NCBI GenBank assembly: GCA_030390025.1
Contig: CM059427.1
Coordinates: 132,370,001-132,434,000, forward strand
Direction: 5' to 3'
From: Squalus acanthias
Lineage: Eukaryota
DNA: 64,000 bases
The first letter of the stretch is position 1. Every line of letters begins with the position of its first letter. Under the pieces are notes generated by a model. The model was not told the origin of the DNA. It did not search any database and saw nothing but the letters and a program-made list of their open reading frames with translations. The translations under genes and the position numbers were made by a program. Below are positions 1 through 12,896 of the stretch, one piece after another.

Positions 1-228
1 CCAGACTGAGATATTTCCAGCCAATGCACAGACCAATGTCAGTGATGAGAATGCATCCTCCCTTTAAAAGGTGCATTCATGCTTTAAATAGCCCTCTGCA
101 GGCTCCCTGGAAATCCTATCCTGCAAGTGGGCGATAGGCCCATCACAGACGTCATCGGCCGGGCAGCCTGTCAATCATAGGTTACTGAGGCCCATGAGTT
201 AAACTCCACCAGGCAAATGAATGATTAC

Positions 229-523
229 AAACAGAAAATGCTGGAAATACTCAGCAGGTCAGGTAGCATCTGTGGAAAGAGAAACAGAGTTAAGGTTTCA
301 GGTCGATGACCCTTCGACAGAACTGAAAAAAGCTGGAGATGGAACAGGTTTTTTAAGCAAGTGTAGGGGCCGGGAAAGGGGGGAGGGGAGGAAAGAACAA
401 AAGGGAAGGTCTGTGATAGGATGGAAGGCAGGAGAGATTAAGAGACAAAAGGGATGATGGTGCAAGGCAAAAGGAGATGGAAATGGGACAAGTTAAGAAA
501 CAAAAGATGGCTCTAGATGAATT
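229..523 (-). mobile_element. Penelope-like element terminal fragment with degenerate hammerhead motif
   Basis: Same terminus as 22471-22574 in reverse. Flanked by 13-bp direct repeat AATGAATGATTAC (216-228, 524-536). Minus strand reads CTGTCGA-AGGGTCATCGACCT-GAAACCTT, i.e. a mutated core. Confidence 0.7.
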
Positions 524-1640
524 AATGAATGATTACGTCGGGCGGGTACACCGCCTGCCTTACTCCTCCCATCGATGTTTTGGACTGAACTGACTGATGC
601 CAGTTCTAAAACCTCCAACAGATGGCGTGCGTGTAACAGTTCATGCTTGGCTATTTTTGGTTTTCACTCGTGCATATTACCCACTGATTCTGCAAGGAAA
701 ATACTATTAATGACCAAAGGACAATGTTAATTGTAAGGTGGAATAATACTCATAATATTGTTCAGTTCAAAATTATCCATCTACCATCTAGTCCTTTTCA
801 CAGGTACACTTTTTAAAATGATGGAAAAACATATGAACCAATATATAAACAGGGAATCTCCCGGGAAGTTCCTTATTTACAGCGATGTAGTAAGCATCTC
901 ACTATTTAATCCATTGCTCTTTGCCTAGTTCCCCGTAGAATTCCCTACTGTAAAGGTTCAATTGTCTAATTAACTCTTTCAATGCTAAATATTTAAAAAA
1001 CATATTTTTTATAACATCTACCAAAAAATTCTTAAATTTCTAAGCCAAATACAGTGGAATTTGTAAAACAGTGCCATTCAATACTATGTCTGCACTGAAC
1101 TCAACATCTTAAATTTTTTGGCGAGGGAGAGGACAGACTGGTGCTGCTGTCTGCTGTACTTATTATACTAGCATATAAAAATTGAAAGTAAAATATAATA
1201 AATATAAAAAGGGAAATAAAAGGAAAATGCCAGATTGCCAAATTAAAGGGAAAGTATTCTTGATAAAAAAATAGACGTCAGTAGTGCACTGTTTGACCGA
1301 AGGACCTCCACTCCATCATCGGCTGCATTCCAGAGCAAAGAAATGCTGCAAAATCTGGAATTATATAAAGTTCCAGCAGTAATAGTAGATCTGACTTTCC
1401 AATGTACATATATTACACTCCTGTAAGTAAAGATTTTTGATGGAAAATATAAATGTTTGTTTTGGCAAAGGTGCAAATTTCCCTTAACTTGGATGTTCAG
1501 AAGCAAATTTCAATTTTTATTTTTTTTAAAGTTGAATTAAGTAGCTTCTGCCATTGCTGAAGGGTGAATAGCAAGAAGGTTGGAAAAGCTTTTGAGAAAC
1601 CAGAAACAGTATTATTTATTGCAGTGCCATCTTCAGGTAG

Positions 1641-1869
1641 TGGTCATGATGCGGAGATGCCGGCGTTGGACTGGGGTGGACAAAAATGAGAAGTCGCACA
1701 ACACCAGGTTATAGTCCAACAGATTTATTTAAAATTACAAGCTTTCGGAGCTGTCACCCCTTCCTCAGGTAGAGTTACTGTGGAACTCTACCTGAGGAAG
1801 GGGCGACAGCTCCGAAAGCTTGTAATTTTAAATAAATCTGTTGGACTATAACCTGGTGTTGTGCGACCT
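1641..1869. mobile_element. Inverted pair of Penelope-like termini (84-bp-arm hairpin) with 13-bp TSD
   Basis: Arms 1693-1776 and 1784-1867 are reverse complements with 1 mismatch. TSD CATCTTCAGGTAG at 1628-1640 and 1870-1882. Same family as 58255-58395. Confidence 0.8.
1789..1824 (+). ncRNA. Minimal type I hammerhead ribozyme motif (mirror copy on - strand at about 1736-1771)
   Basis: TAC-CTGAGGA-A-GGGGC-GACA-GCTCC-GAAA-GCTT-GTA: CUGANGA and GAAA boxes, 5-bp stem II, palindromic AGCT stem III, CUU cleavage triplet. Confidence 0.65.
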
Positions 1870-2130
1870 CATCTTCAGGTAGGATGGTGATATTTACTCT
1901 TGTTGTTATGGGTTTCCAGTGATGTTAACAGAACCAGATTGTGGACGATGGCAACATCCTAAAAGAGGTCAGTAGCTGGCTTGTGGATATCGGCGGTGGC
2001 CTCTGAATGGGTAGCTATAACCTCCAATGCTCAATATAGTTAGGAATTAGGAGAGCAAAGTGGTGGCCTGCTATATGGTAGTAACAAGTTAATAAACAAT
2101 GGTAATAACCACTGTGGACAATGGGATTGT

Positions 2131-4484
2131 CATAAGAGCATAAGAAATAGGAGCAGGAGTAGGCCATTCGGACCCTCGAGCCTGCCCCGCCATTCAATAA
2201 GATCATGGCTGATCTGATCTTGGCCTCAGTGCCACTTTCCTGCCCGTTCCCCATAACCCTTGACTCCCCTGTAGCTCAAATATATGTCTATCTCTGCCTT
2301 GAATATATTCAATGGGCCGAAAATTGATCCCGGGACGCGAGAGTACGCACTGCATACTCTCGCGTATTCCCACTCCAATTGCCGGTTTTCTGCATGCCCT
2401 GCGCATGCGCTGAAAACCGGCAATTGCTCTTCCGAAAAGGGGGCGGGGCCTGGCTGCATCGCGTGCGCGCTACAGGCTGCGCGCACGCTGTGCACTTCAT
2501 GCTTTGGACGCGCAGGTAAGTAGGGAAGATTTTGGAAATGTAAAAAGGAGGAGTAAGACCCGCTTTTAAGAAGGTAAGTAGTGAATTAAGTATTTTTTTG
2601 AATTTTTTTTTACAGGTATATCTTTTTTATAGACTTTAAAGACAGGTAAGTTTATTTTTATAACTTTTTAAAAGATTTTAAATTTTTTCAAAAATTTAAT
2701 TTTTTATTTAAAATGGTTAATTTAATTAACTATACTTATTTTATTAATGTGATGGGTTTTTTTTAAAATTTAATTGAGGTTTAGCTGTTATTTTGGGGGG
2801 GTGTAAGATTCATAAGTCTCACAGCCATGCTGTGAGACTTATGAATGGAAGATGGTGTGCTGCCATTGGCTCTAACTGAGTCACGTGATCCCACAGCTCG
2901 CACGAATTAACTACGCCGCTGGGATACGCAAGCCCAGCACAGCTGATGTCTGGAACATCAATTTCGTGCGAGCTGGATCAGAAAAAGCATAAGCGAGGTG
3001 AGACATCGCGGGGAAGGCTTACCCCCGCGGGAACAGAGCGAGATCAATTTCTGGGCCATTGACTCCGCCTCCACAGCTCTCTGGGATAGAGAATTCCAAG
3101 ATTCACGACCGTCTGAGAGAAGAAATTCCTCCTCATCTCCGTTTTAAATGGGCGACCCCTTATCCTGAAACAGTGCCCCCTAGTTCTAGATTCCCCCACC
3201 AGGGGAAACATCCTCCCTGCATCTACCCTGTCAAGCCCCCTCAGAATCTTATATGTTACAATAAGATCACCTCTCATTCTTCTAAATTCCAATGAGTATA
3301 GGCCCAACCTGCTCAACCTTTTTCATAAGACAACAGGAATTAACCTGTGAACCTTCTCTGAACTGCCTCCAATGCAAGAATATCCCTCCTTAAATAAGGA
3401 GACCAAAACTGTACACAGTACTCTAGGTGTGGTCTCACCAACGCCCAGTTGTAGCAAGACTTTCCTACTTTTATACTCCATTCTTTTGCAATAAAGGCCA
3501 ACGTTCCATTTGCCTTCCTAATTACTTGCTGTATCTGCATGCTAACTTTTTGTGTTTCATGTACGAGGACCCCCAGATCCCTCTGTACCGCAGCATTATG
3601 TAGTCTCTCTCCATTTAAATAATAATTTGCTTTTTTATTTTTCCTACCAAAGTGGATAACCTCACATTTTCCCACATTATACTCCATCTGCCAGATTTTT
3701 GCCCACTCACTTAACCTATCCATATCCCTTTGCAGACTCTTTGTGTCCTCCTCACAACTTGCTTTCCCACCTATCTTTGTATTATCAGCAAATTTGGCTA
3801 CAGTACACTCGGTCCCTTCATCCAAGTCATTAATATAGATTGTAAGTAGTTGAGGCCCCAGCAATGATCCCTGTGGCACCCCACTAGTTACAGTTTGCCA
3901 ACTGGAAAATGACCCATTTATCCCGACTCTCTGTTTTCTGTTAGTTAGCCAATCCTCTATCCATGCTAATATATTACCCCCAACCCCGTGAGCTCTTATC
4001 TTATGCAGTAACCTTTTATGTGGCACCTTATCGAATGTATCTGGAAATCCAAATACACTACATCTACTGGTTCCCCTTTATCCACCCTGCTCGTTACATC
4101 CTCAAAGAACTCTAGTAAATTTGTCAAATACGATTTCCCTTTCATAAAACCATGTTGACTCTGCTTGATTGTATTAAGATTTTCTAAATGTCCTGCTATT
4201 ACTTCCTTAATAATGGATTCCAGCATTTTCCCAATGACAGATTTTAGGCTAACTGGCCTATAGTTTCCTGCTTTCTGCCTCCCTCCTTTCTTGAATAGGG
4301 GCGTTACATTTGCGGTTTTCCAATCCGCTGGGACCTCTCCAGAATCCAGGGAATTTTGGTAGATTACAACCAACGCATCCACTATCTCTGCAGCCACTTC
4401 TTTTAAGACCCTAGGATGTAGGCCATCAGGTCCAGGGGACTTGTCAGCTTTTAGTCCCATTAGTTTGCCTAGTACTTTTTCTCT
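2131..4484 (-). mobile_element. 5'-truncated CR1 LINE (RT and 3' end), frameshifted, interrupted by a MITE
   Basis: ORFs 3996-4460, 3340-4026 and 3044-3316 carry CR1 motifs SPGPDGLHP, GNYRPVSL, GVPQGS, FADN and HLEYCVQFWSP. Short-repeat tail at 2131-2150. Confidence 0.92.
2314..3057. mobile_element. Non-autonomous Harbinger-type element (MITE), 744 bp
   Basis: TIRs GGGCCGAAAATTGATC / GATCAATTTCTGGGCC; 3-bp TSD AAT/ATT. The CR1 sequence rejoins when it is removed. Homologous to 30870-31617 in opposite orientation. Confidence 0.85.
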
Positions 4485-5238
4485 CGAGTCAAAGAGTGGG
4501 ATGGCAACCTTGTAAAGGACATTGACCCCCTGTGCAATTTTATAATGTCCTCAGGGAGCAATAGCCTAAAGCCAAAATTAGTTTTGGCCAAGGAGCAAAT
4601 AATTCTCAAACCTGAAGTTCTAGGTGCATATTTCAATACTTACTTTTTTGTCCCTGCAAATAAGCTTCCTGTCTGTCAATTTCTTTTCCCCATTCTATCC
4701 CATAATTATAAAATTCCCACTGAAAACACTTTTTTTCTTCTTACAGATTTATATCCATAATAGAAGTGATTTATACATGTAAGCCCAAGTTTGTCCTGCT
4801 ACATGTACTTCTGGTTTGAGATTGCTTTATATTCCTTGGACTTGGATGTGAGGGGCACAGTGCAAGGTTCATTCCTCCTCTGAAATGTGTGTTTTGAGCT
4901 CTCAATGGATGATGGAAAGATTCTGTTTGGTGGACAAATGGAGGAAATTGGGACACTCTGGAAGCACATGAAGCCCTTAAGGTCATTCCCACCACTTCCT
5001 GCAGAAATAAGTCACTATACTTAAAAGCAATTAATCGGAATAGCCTTGGCCTGCTACTTCCTTACACCTGTGAAGAAGGCAGCTTAAGGGGCTAAGCACA
5101 GTCTGGTGCCACAGTCCTGAGGGAAGGCAGAATACTCAGTGCCACCTCTGGCTCTCCCACTAGGCATGTGATTAGGATATTGATTGTCACTGATCAGCGG
5201 GAACACAGACTTTATGGAATTACAGGTACTAATATCCT

Positions 5239-5745
5239 TTAATCTTCAGGAGAAAGTATCCTGAATATCCTACAAACCAAATGGTGTCCTGGAGATTTTG
5301 GAAGCATAATGCTAGTGAGTGTGAGTGAGTGGGTGAATGACTGTGAGGTTGAATTTCTGCTGGCTTTCCCTGCTGTTGACGGTCCTGTCACTGGCTTACT
5401 TTCTCCCTTTGCTTCTTCATCCCTGTTTCCAGATCCTGTAAAGAGAAAAAGACAGAGGAATATAATGGACTTCCTGCTATCCACTGTTTCCTTACTGATC
5501 TGCACTTGTAAGAATATCTTCAGAGTATAAATGTCAGAAAAGGGAGATTTTTTTTAGGATCTTTGAACATTAAAACTTGTTTATCACATATCAACTATGG
5601 GAGCTCCCACAGCTCCTTCACCTATCGCACTCATCTGGGATTCCAATATCTCAATTGCCTCCTCCTGCTGCTGGGTTAAGGGATGAATATCTGGTGTTCC
5701 TCCTCCTCTAGATTGTTGTTCCTGTGCATTATGGTCAGTTTTCTC
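5239..5745 (-). pseudogene. Relic exons 2-3 of a Harbinger Myb/SANT-like gene
   Basis: After acceptor TGCAG at 5746-5750 the minus strand reads EKTDHNAQEQQSRGGGTPDIHPLTQQQEEAIEILE, homologous to EKRAHNKRERARTGGGPP at 12338. Second strong acceptor (CTCTTTACAG) before 5435. Confidence 0.6.
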
Positions 5746-5800
5746 CTGCATGAATTGTTGCTTTCAGTCACAGACTGGTTTATTTGACAACTATTTATTT

Positions 5801-6120
5801 GGGCAACATGGTGGCATAGTGGTTAGCACTGTTGCCTCACAGCGCCAGGAACCCGGGTTCGAATCCGGCCTCGGGTGACTGTCTGTGCGGAGTTTGCACC
5901 TTCTCCCCGTGTCTGCGTGGGTTTCCTCCGGGTGCTCCGGTTTCCTCCCACAGTCCAAAGATGTGTGGGTTAGGTTGATTTGGCTATGATAAATTGACCC
6001 TTAGTGTTAGGGGGGATTAAATACATGGGGTTACGGGGATAGGGTGGGATATGTGTCGGTGCAGGCTCGATGGGCCGAAATGGCCTCTATCTGCACTGTG
6101 GGGATTCTGTGATTCTGTGA
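5801..6120 (+). mobile_element. tRNA-derived V-SINE (HE1-like)
   Basis: A box TGGCATAGTGG and B box GGTTCGAATCC. V-domain GAGTTTGCACCTTCTCCCCGTGTCTGCGTGGGTTTCCTCCGGGTGCTCCGGTTTCCTCCCACAGTCCAAAGA. CR1-like tail GATTCTGT repeats. Confidence 0.88.
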
Positions 6121-6318
6121 ACTAAACTATTGGAGGATTCATAATACTTCTCTTATGTAACTCACATAGAGAAAATTATTTTTCAAAGGGCACACATGCA
6201 GAAGGAGTCTGTACAGTTCATTTAGTTTAGATGCTTATACACTTAAGTTTGTTACTACACTTTTAGGGGATGCCACTGCAGCACCAGAAGAGCTGGCTAG
6301 ATATCTTAAAGTGGCAGA

Positions 6319-6527
6319 AGTCATAGAGTCATAGAGTTATACACCACAGAAAGAGGCCCTTCGGCCCATCGTGTTCACGCCAGCCATCAAGCCCTGTCTA
6401 TTCTAATCCCATTTTCCAGCACTTGGTCCGTAGCCTTGTATGCTATGGCGTTTCAAGTGCTCATCTAAATGCTTCTTGAATGTTGTGAGGGTTCCTGCCT
6501 CTACCACCCTTTCAGGCAGTGAGTGCC
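6319..6527 (-). mobile_element. CR1 3' end fragment
   Basis: GTCATAGA tail repeats and GGCCCTTCGGCCCATC 3' UTR hairpin motif. Confidence 0.75.
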
Positions 6528-6726
6528 CTGAAGGTTGTAATCCATGCCCCACAGAAGGCCTAGGTTGAGACCAGGGCTTTCAGCAGTAAGTATTGCAAGG
6601 CCTGCTCCCTCCACGGGGAGACCATAGGATTGTTACTTCTGTTTCCTGGGGTCTACCGGCACCTTCCTCATGGTGGCCCAGGGAAGTGGTGGTAACACAA
6701 GTGGATGGGAGGAGAATCTGCCAGGG

Positions 6727-7192
6727 ACCTGGGTATACATATCAGGAAAGGATGAACAGGCTGGGTCTCTTACCTCTTGGGAAAAAAAAGGCTGAGGGGT
6801 GACCTAATAGAGGTCTTTAAAATTATGAAAATTTTTGATAGAGTGGATACAGAGAGAATGTTTCCACTTGTGGGGAAGATCATAACTAGAGGCCATCAAT
6901 ATAAGATAGTCACCAAGAAATCCAATAGGGAATTCAGAAGAAAATTATTTTCCCAAAGAGTGGTGAGAATGTGGAACTCACTACCACAGGGAGTGGTTGA
7001 AGCGAATAGTGTGGATGCATTTAAGGGGAGGCTAGACAAGCATATGAGGGAGAAGGGAATAGAGGGTTATGCTGATAGATTTAGGTGAGGAAAGACGGGA
7101 GGAGGCTCGTGTGGAGCATAAACGCTGGCATGGACTGGTTGGGCCGAATGGCCTGTTTCTGTGCCGTATATCCTATGTAATCCTATATAATC
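6727..7192 (+). mobile_element. CR1 3' end fragment
   Basis: ORF 6777-7088 RLRGDLIEVFKIM...FSQRVVRMWNSLP, followed by GGGCCGAATGGCCT hairpin and tail. Confidence 0.88.
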
Positions 7193-7699
7193 CTACCCCC
7201 TGCCACCATTTACATGCGGTGGGCAGGGAAGGAGAGGCCAGTGTTGGTCCCAGTGGGGAGGGAAATACAGGTCACGCAATGAGGCTGTGGTAGGCCTCAC
7301 CTCAGATGGGATTACGAAGGAAAATCTTGGCCAATATGTCAAATCACTGAGAAGCAGCAGAGACAAAAGGAAAAGGAATTCTAAATTATACCGCTAGTTA
7401 GTACAAGTCAGAAACTGTCTGACTTAGTTGCACCTTGAGTACTCACTAAGACATAAGGGAAATGTTCAAGGCATGAGCAGCCATGAGGTTGATCCCTGTG
7501 TCAAAGGAATGAATAAAGAGGAAAGACAGGAGAAACTGAGGTTCTTTCCCCTTTAAAGCAGGCAACTGAAAGGGGGCTTTGTAGAAGTATACAAGATTTT
7601 AAACAACATAGATAAGGTAAATATACCAAGTTACTAGAGCAAAGGGCATATGCTAAGACTGACGAAAGGAATATTTTGACAGATATCATGAAGATCTTC

Positions 7700-8075
7700 T
7701 TCATAGAATCATAGAAAAGTACAGCACAGAAGGAGGCCATTCGGCCCATCGAGTCTGTGTCGGCTCTTTCAAAGAGCAATCCAGTTAGTCCCACTCCCCT
7801 GCTCTTTCCCCATATCCCTGCAATTTTTTTCTCCTTCAAGTATTTATCAAATTCCCTTTTTGAAGGCTACCAGTGAATCTGTATCCACCACTCTATCAGG
7901 CAGTGCATTCCAAATCCTAAACACTCGTTGCGTAAAAAGGATTTTCCTCATGTCTCCTCTGGTTCTTTTGCTAATCACCTTCAATGTGTTCCCTCTGGTT
8001 ATTGACCTTTCAGCCACTGGAAAATGTTCCTCTTTATTTACTCTATCTAAATCCTTCATGATTATAAACACCTCT
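7700..8075 (-). mobile_element. CR1 3' end fragment (an older + strand CR1 relic lies at about 7520-7690)
   Basis: ORF 7847-8071 FTQRVFRIWNALP; CATAGAAT tail. Confidence 0.8.
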
Positions 8076-8989
8076 TTGCCAGAACCTGAATGCCATGGAG
8101 TCCCCCAAATCCTACCCTTTCTGATAATCTAAAGGCGAACAGCCAAGCTTACCTCATCTTCCTTCCTACTTGGGGTGCCCTGCACTATGACCTCAGTTTC
8201 TCAGTAAAAAAAATAATGGAATGATGTTTCATTTACTCTGCAAAAGAAATACAAATTTTGAACAGGATAGGCATTCACAGAAGGAATACCCAATGGTCTT
8301 TCAGGTGGGGTAGTGAAGGAAAGAGTTTAGATTCATTCAAGATACAGTTAGACAATGTGATGGGAGACTGTAAGTTTTTATTTTGGATGGATGAGCTAAG
8401 ATGGATAGAATGGCCTCTGTCTCTTGTATCTATTATTGATCTTGATCCTGAACACAGCAAGTGTTTGAGATTCTATATGAAAAGGAGAGGTTCAGGCCAA
8501 GATTCTTCATCATACTTACTGCTTGGAACCCAGTAATTCTAAGGACTTGTTGGAGAATTGTAGGACAGTGGGTACAGTGCCTTCTAGCCTGCTCAAGCGC
8601 CAGCATTTCTAGAAGGAGGTATAAGAGCAAAGTTTTCAGGTAAGGATGGACAATAAAACCATAAGCTGCCTATGGGGCTCGTCACTGAACATTCTTCTGG
8701 ACACTTGTTATGGGAAAGCTAGTAAGCTTTTTGTTACTTTCAGCTGGATCCTGGTGCGTTGCATCAAGTTCAGATATTGATTACAAGGATGTGGGTTCAG
8801 TCACTGCTATTCACAGCTCAAATGCAAAAATTTATGCTCCAACTGAAGTAATTTAAATTCCTGTCAATCTGGTTACCTTTCCGCAGCTGAAATAAATAGT
8901 GATAAAATACGGTCAGAGAAAAGGAAAGCAAGTGGCTGTGAGTAGTAAGAGATAAAAACTTGAAAAAGAAATAAAAGTCACCAGATTTC

Positions 8990-9345
8990 AGGAAAGCATT
9001 TGACACTCCCACATAACAGACTGGTTCACAAGGGAATTGCCCGTGGGATAGATGGTGAAATATTAGATTAATTTAACATACAGCTGAAAGGTAGACAACA
9101 GCGTGGTGATAGAGGGGCAGTATCAGAGTGGAAACAGATTGTCAGTGAAATCCCGCAGGGGTTGGCGTTAGGACCTTGGTTGTTTATAACTTTTATAAAT
9201 TCATTTAGATCATTAAAACCATTGGTTCAATGTTCAGTGTTCTCCTGTGGTGAACAAAGCAAATAAAATGCTGGGATGTATCGCTAAGGGTATGACTCAA
9301 GTTCACGAAGACAACGTTGAAGTCGTATCTGGTTTTAGTGAGTTA
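8990..9345 (+). mobile_element. Old degraded CR1 RT fragment
   Basis: Remnants of DF.KAFD (GATTTCAGGAAAGCATTTGAC), PQG (CCCGCAGGGG) and KAN.MLG codons. Confidence 0.55.
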
Positions 9346-9354
9346 AAGGAGAAA

Positions 9355-9566
9355 GATAGAAAGAAAGAACTTGTATTTATATAGCACACTTCATGACATT
9401 GGGACGTCTCAAAGTGCTTTACAGCCAGTTAAGCAGTTTTGAAGAGTAGTCACTGTTGTAATGTAGGAAACGAGGCAGCCAATTTGTGCGCAGCAAGGCC
9501 CCACACTAACAATTAGATGATGATCAGATAATCTATTTTTTTTAGTGATGTTGGTTGAGGGATAAC
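9355..9566 (-). mobile_element. Deu-SINE (SacSINE1-like) 3' fragment
   Basis: Reverse complement of the 3' part of 13935-14352 (AAAG tail, GTAGTCACTGTTG, GCCAATTTG.GC). Confidence 0.7.
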
Positions 9567-10140
9567 CACATCTACATGCAGCCTAACCAGTGGTTGTTAA
9601 AGGGACTGCTGTCGGTCACCACCAAAGAGTGAAGTTTAAAAAGTGACTGAGCTGACTGTGGAGCTGTGAGCTGCAGGAATCCTTCTCCCCCCGCCCCCCC
9701 CCGCACTCCACAGCAGCTCCACAGACCTCTGGTGGTTAAAAATAATCTTGCAACAGCTGTGATATGCTGTCGCTTTAACAACCAGATAACACTTACAACA
9801 ATCCAAACTTGAAATTGCTTACTGAGAGAGGGTTAAAGGGTAACCTTTTACTGACATTTTCAAACAACTTAGCAAACAAATGCTATATGAATGCTGGGAA
9901 CCATTTATAGCTCGCTGGGAAAGTATTTAAATGCTATTTTTAGCTTTTCTGAGTAGGAAAAACCTAAAGTGACAAGTGAAATATGAACAACCCACTTGTG
10001 CTATTAACAATGAACTTTGTTTCATTTTTAGATTGAAGGATGGAAGGATTTTGATCCAGTTTCTGAATGTGTCATCGAAATCCATTCTTTGTGGAACAGG
10101 GAATAAGAAATCCCAGTTTATATTCAACTTAGTACAATTG

Positions 10141-10640
10141 CACTTGCCTGGATGAGTGCAGCTCCAACAACACTCAAGAAGCTCAGCACCATCCAAGACA
10201 AAACAGCCCGCTTGATTGGCACCCCATCCACCACCTTAAACATTCACTCCCTCCACCATCGGTGTACCGTGGCTGCAGTGTGCACCATCTACAAGATGCA
10301 CTGCGGCAACTCGCCAAGGCTACTTCGGCAGCACCTCCTAAACCCGCAACCTCTTCCACTTAGAAGGACAAGGGAAGCAGGCGCATGGGAACACCACCAC
10401 CTCCAAGTTCCCCTCCAAGTCACACACCATCCTGACTTAGAAGTATATCGCCGTTCCTTCATCGTCACTGGGTCAAAATCCTGGAACTCCCTACCTAACA
10501 GCACTGTGGGAGTACCTTCGCCACACGGACTGCAGCAGTTCAAAAAGGCGGCTCACCACCACCTTCTCAAGGGCAACTAGGGATGACCAATAAATGCTGG
10601 CCTTGCCAGCGACGCCCAGATTCCATGAATGAATAAACAA
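10141..10640 (+). mobile_element. 3' fragment of CR1/L2-group LINE (same family as 23435-25966)
   Basis: ORF 10152-10580 nearly identical to the C-terminus of the 780-aa ORF; tail GGCAACTAGGGATG..AATAAATGCTGGCCTTGCCAGCGACGCCCA. Confidence 0.9.
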
Positions 10641-12178
10641 AACCGTAGGTTTGTGCAATATCTCGATTTAGCTTCTAACCACGTTTTGTTGTTACTTTAG
10701 CCCAAGTTTAACCTGACCGCCTGTCGAGAATGGGGCGGTTTCGGGTCAAACATCTAATTCACACCCCAACCAATTGTACAAAAATGTGGGCATAATTTTT
10801 TATCAAAACAATCTGATAGATTGTATTGTCCTTTCGATTAGCTACCACTATTTTGCTTCTTCTATCGTGCCTGATAGTAGTGCTCAGTAACTGGTAAATT
10901 TGGTGTAGCCGAAAACAACTTCCTCAGCTGAGGTGAGAGGTGAAAGGTGAAAGGTGAAATGACTGTGCGCAGTGGCTGCACCAAGTGATGACAACAATGA
11001 GCAAAGAGTTTGTAGAGAGTTGGGGGGAATAATTCTCTAAAACATTGAGAAACTGGCCACATACTGTGATTCTACAGAGTATTGGCTAAATTACTTAAAT
11101 TTATTCATTTTTGAAAAAAATCTTGGAAATGGAAAAGATGCTGGTAACCTGGCAGGACAGCCTGATAACTGGTGACGTTAGGGTTTTCTATTCTATTGAA
11201 GGGCATGATAACTGCAGCAGTGAAATACAGCACAGAAATTTCTCAGAGCTGTCTGAGGTCGGGCACAGTTATTGGAACCAAAAAACCCTGCGTGGCAGAG
11301 AACAGAGACACATGGAAAATAATTGAAATTTAACAGAGATAGTGTTAATGGTGGTAAGAATAGTGGATCATGACCTGAAAGAAAAAGCAACAGTTTATCA
11401 GACAATAGTGATGGGAGAGTAAGTGCACAGAATGAAGGAAGAAAATGAAAACTGATTAGTAAAAGAATAGCAAAAGTATAATTTACTTGGAGTGTTAAGT
11501 TCATAGGGCTCGATTTTGCCAGGCCCGAGGAGGCAGGATTGGAGGCGTGTGAGGTGTTAAAATCGCAAAAAATGGCAGGCTGCTCCGATCCCGCCTCCAG
11601 CCCGCCTCCGAGCAATTTTCCCAGAATTGGGGTTTCAGACCCCGTTTCCATCCCGCCTCCAAGAGGCGGGATAGGCCCTTAAGGCCCTTAACAACCAGTT
11701 AATTGCCTCTATCATACCATTTTGAGAGGCCTTTCTGATTTTAACACATTTCCCCCATCCTGCATGTCTCCTCTGGAACACGCCAGTGAATCCTGGCGGC
11801 CTCACAAGTGGATTGCTTGCTAACAGCTGCAGCTCCACCATTAAAAAGGATTTTTCACCAATGATCATTTGCAGGTGGCAGAACTTTGTTGTCTCAGGTC
11901 TAGGGGAACTTTTAGCAGGCATACTCATTGTTGTGGAAGTTTGGAGCCTGACACCCATCTCCAGTGTGACCTCCTGGGAAACCCCTCTCCCCACCTTGAC
12001 TGAGTGCTTCCTCAACTGAGGCATATACCAGAAGCATGGGAACCATTTATTTCCTTTCCTCCTGGACATCAGATTCAGATTGAAGTGTGCAGATGATAAG
12101 TCAATCTGTTAGAGCATCAGAATCATTATCAGTCACTCATGCAATGTTAATGAGAGAGATACCAAACTATTCTGTCAC

Positions 12179-12338
12179 CAGCTTGCTGTGATGTGCCTGC
12201 CTGTCCGTCCCCCACTTGCGAATCTTCCTCGACACCGGCGATTTCCAGGGCCGCCTCCTCCGAGGTGGTGAGCTGGGCTACTGAGGGTGGCCCTCCTCCT
12301 GTCCTCGCTCTTTCCCTCTTATTGTGAGCTCTCTTTTC
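12179..12338 (-). CDS. Harbinger Myb/SANT-like protein, exon 2
   Basis: Acceptor TTGCAG|GAA, in frame with exon 1: EKRAHNKRERARTGGGPPSVAQLTTSEEAALEI. Candidate donor G|GTGACA. Confidence 0.72.
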
Positions 12339-12656
12339 CTGCAATGAGGGACACAAGTGAGTTTGAGTGAAAATGAAGGAGTGAGTGTAGAGAATGCATA
12401 GTATAGATGCTTAGAAGGATACAAAGGGCCCTCCCTGTGTGTTGTAAGTTGTTGTCATTGCATCGCAGTGATAGGGAGTGTGAGGGCTCCATGATCGAAT
12501 AGTTAAGTGAATGTGACCATAGAGAGAGAGGGAATGGGTAAGGGTGCAGGGATGTCAGTGTCAAGTGGGATGTGGAGGAAGAGGTTGGCAAAGCAGAGTG
12601 CTGGTGAGGAGAGGCGATGGGGATCAGATTGAGGGTGATGGGAAAGTCATACTCAC

Positions 12657-12896
12657 TTTTCCTGTGCGGAGAAGGTCATGAAACCTCTTCCTGCACTGCA
12701 TCCAGGTTCTGCGGCACATAGAGATTGAGTTGACCTCCTGGGCCACTTGCATCCACACAGCTTTAGTCTGCTGGGTTGGCTTTTTCCTCCCTGAGGAAGG
12801 GAAGAGCACCTCCTTATTTGATCTTGCTCCCTCCACCAGAGCTTGGAGGGAGGCCTCATCGAATCTTGGAGCACATTTTGGCCTACTGCTGGACAT
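12657..12896 (-). CDS. Harbinger Myb/SANT-like (MSANTD-type) DNA-binding protein, exon 1
   Basis: MSSSRPKCAPRFDEASLQALVE...VLF...W.QVAQEVNS...RTWMQCRKRFHDLL. 80 open codons then AAA|GTGAGT donor (phase 0). Confidence 0.8.

Noticed and set aside
1243-1506. Possible exon or conserved element in unique AT-rich DNA
   Set aside because: No recognisable protein motif or convincing splice-site pair; cannot be supported without an alignment.
5239-5505. Exon of a host gene on the minus strand
   Set aside because: The neighbouring exon translates to the Harbinger Myb exon-2 motif, so a transposon relic is the simpler reading.
5801-5875. tRNA gene
   Set aside because: The A/B boxes continue into a V-domain and a CR1-like tail, so it is a SINE head. 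The same applies to 13935 and 53170.
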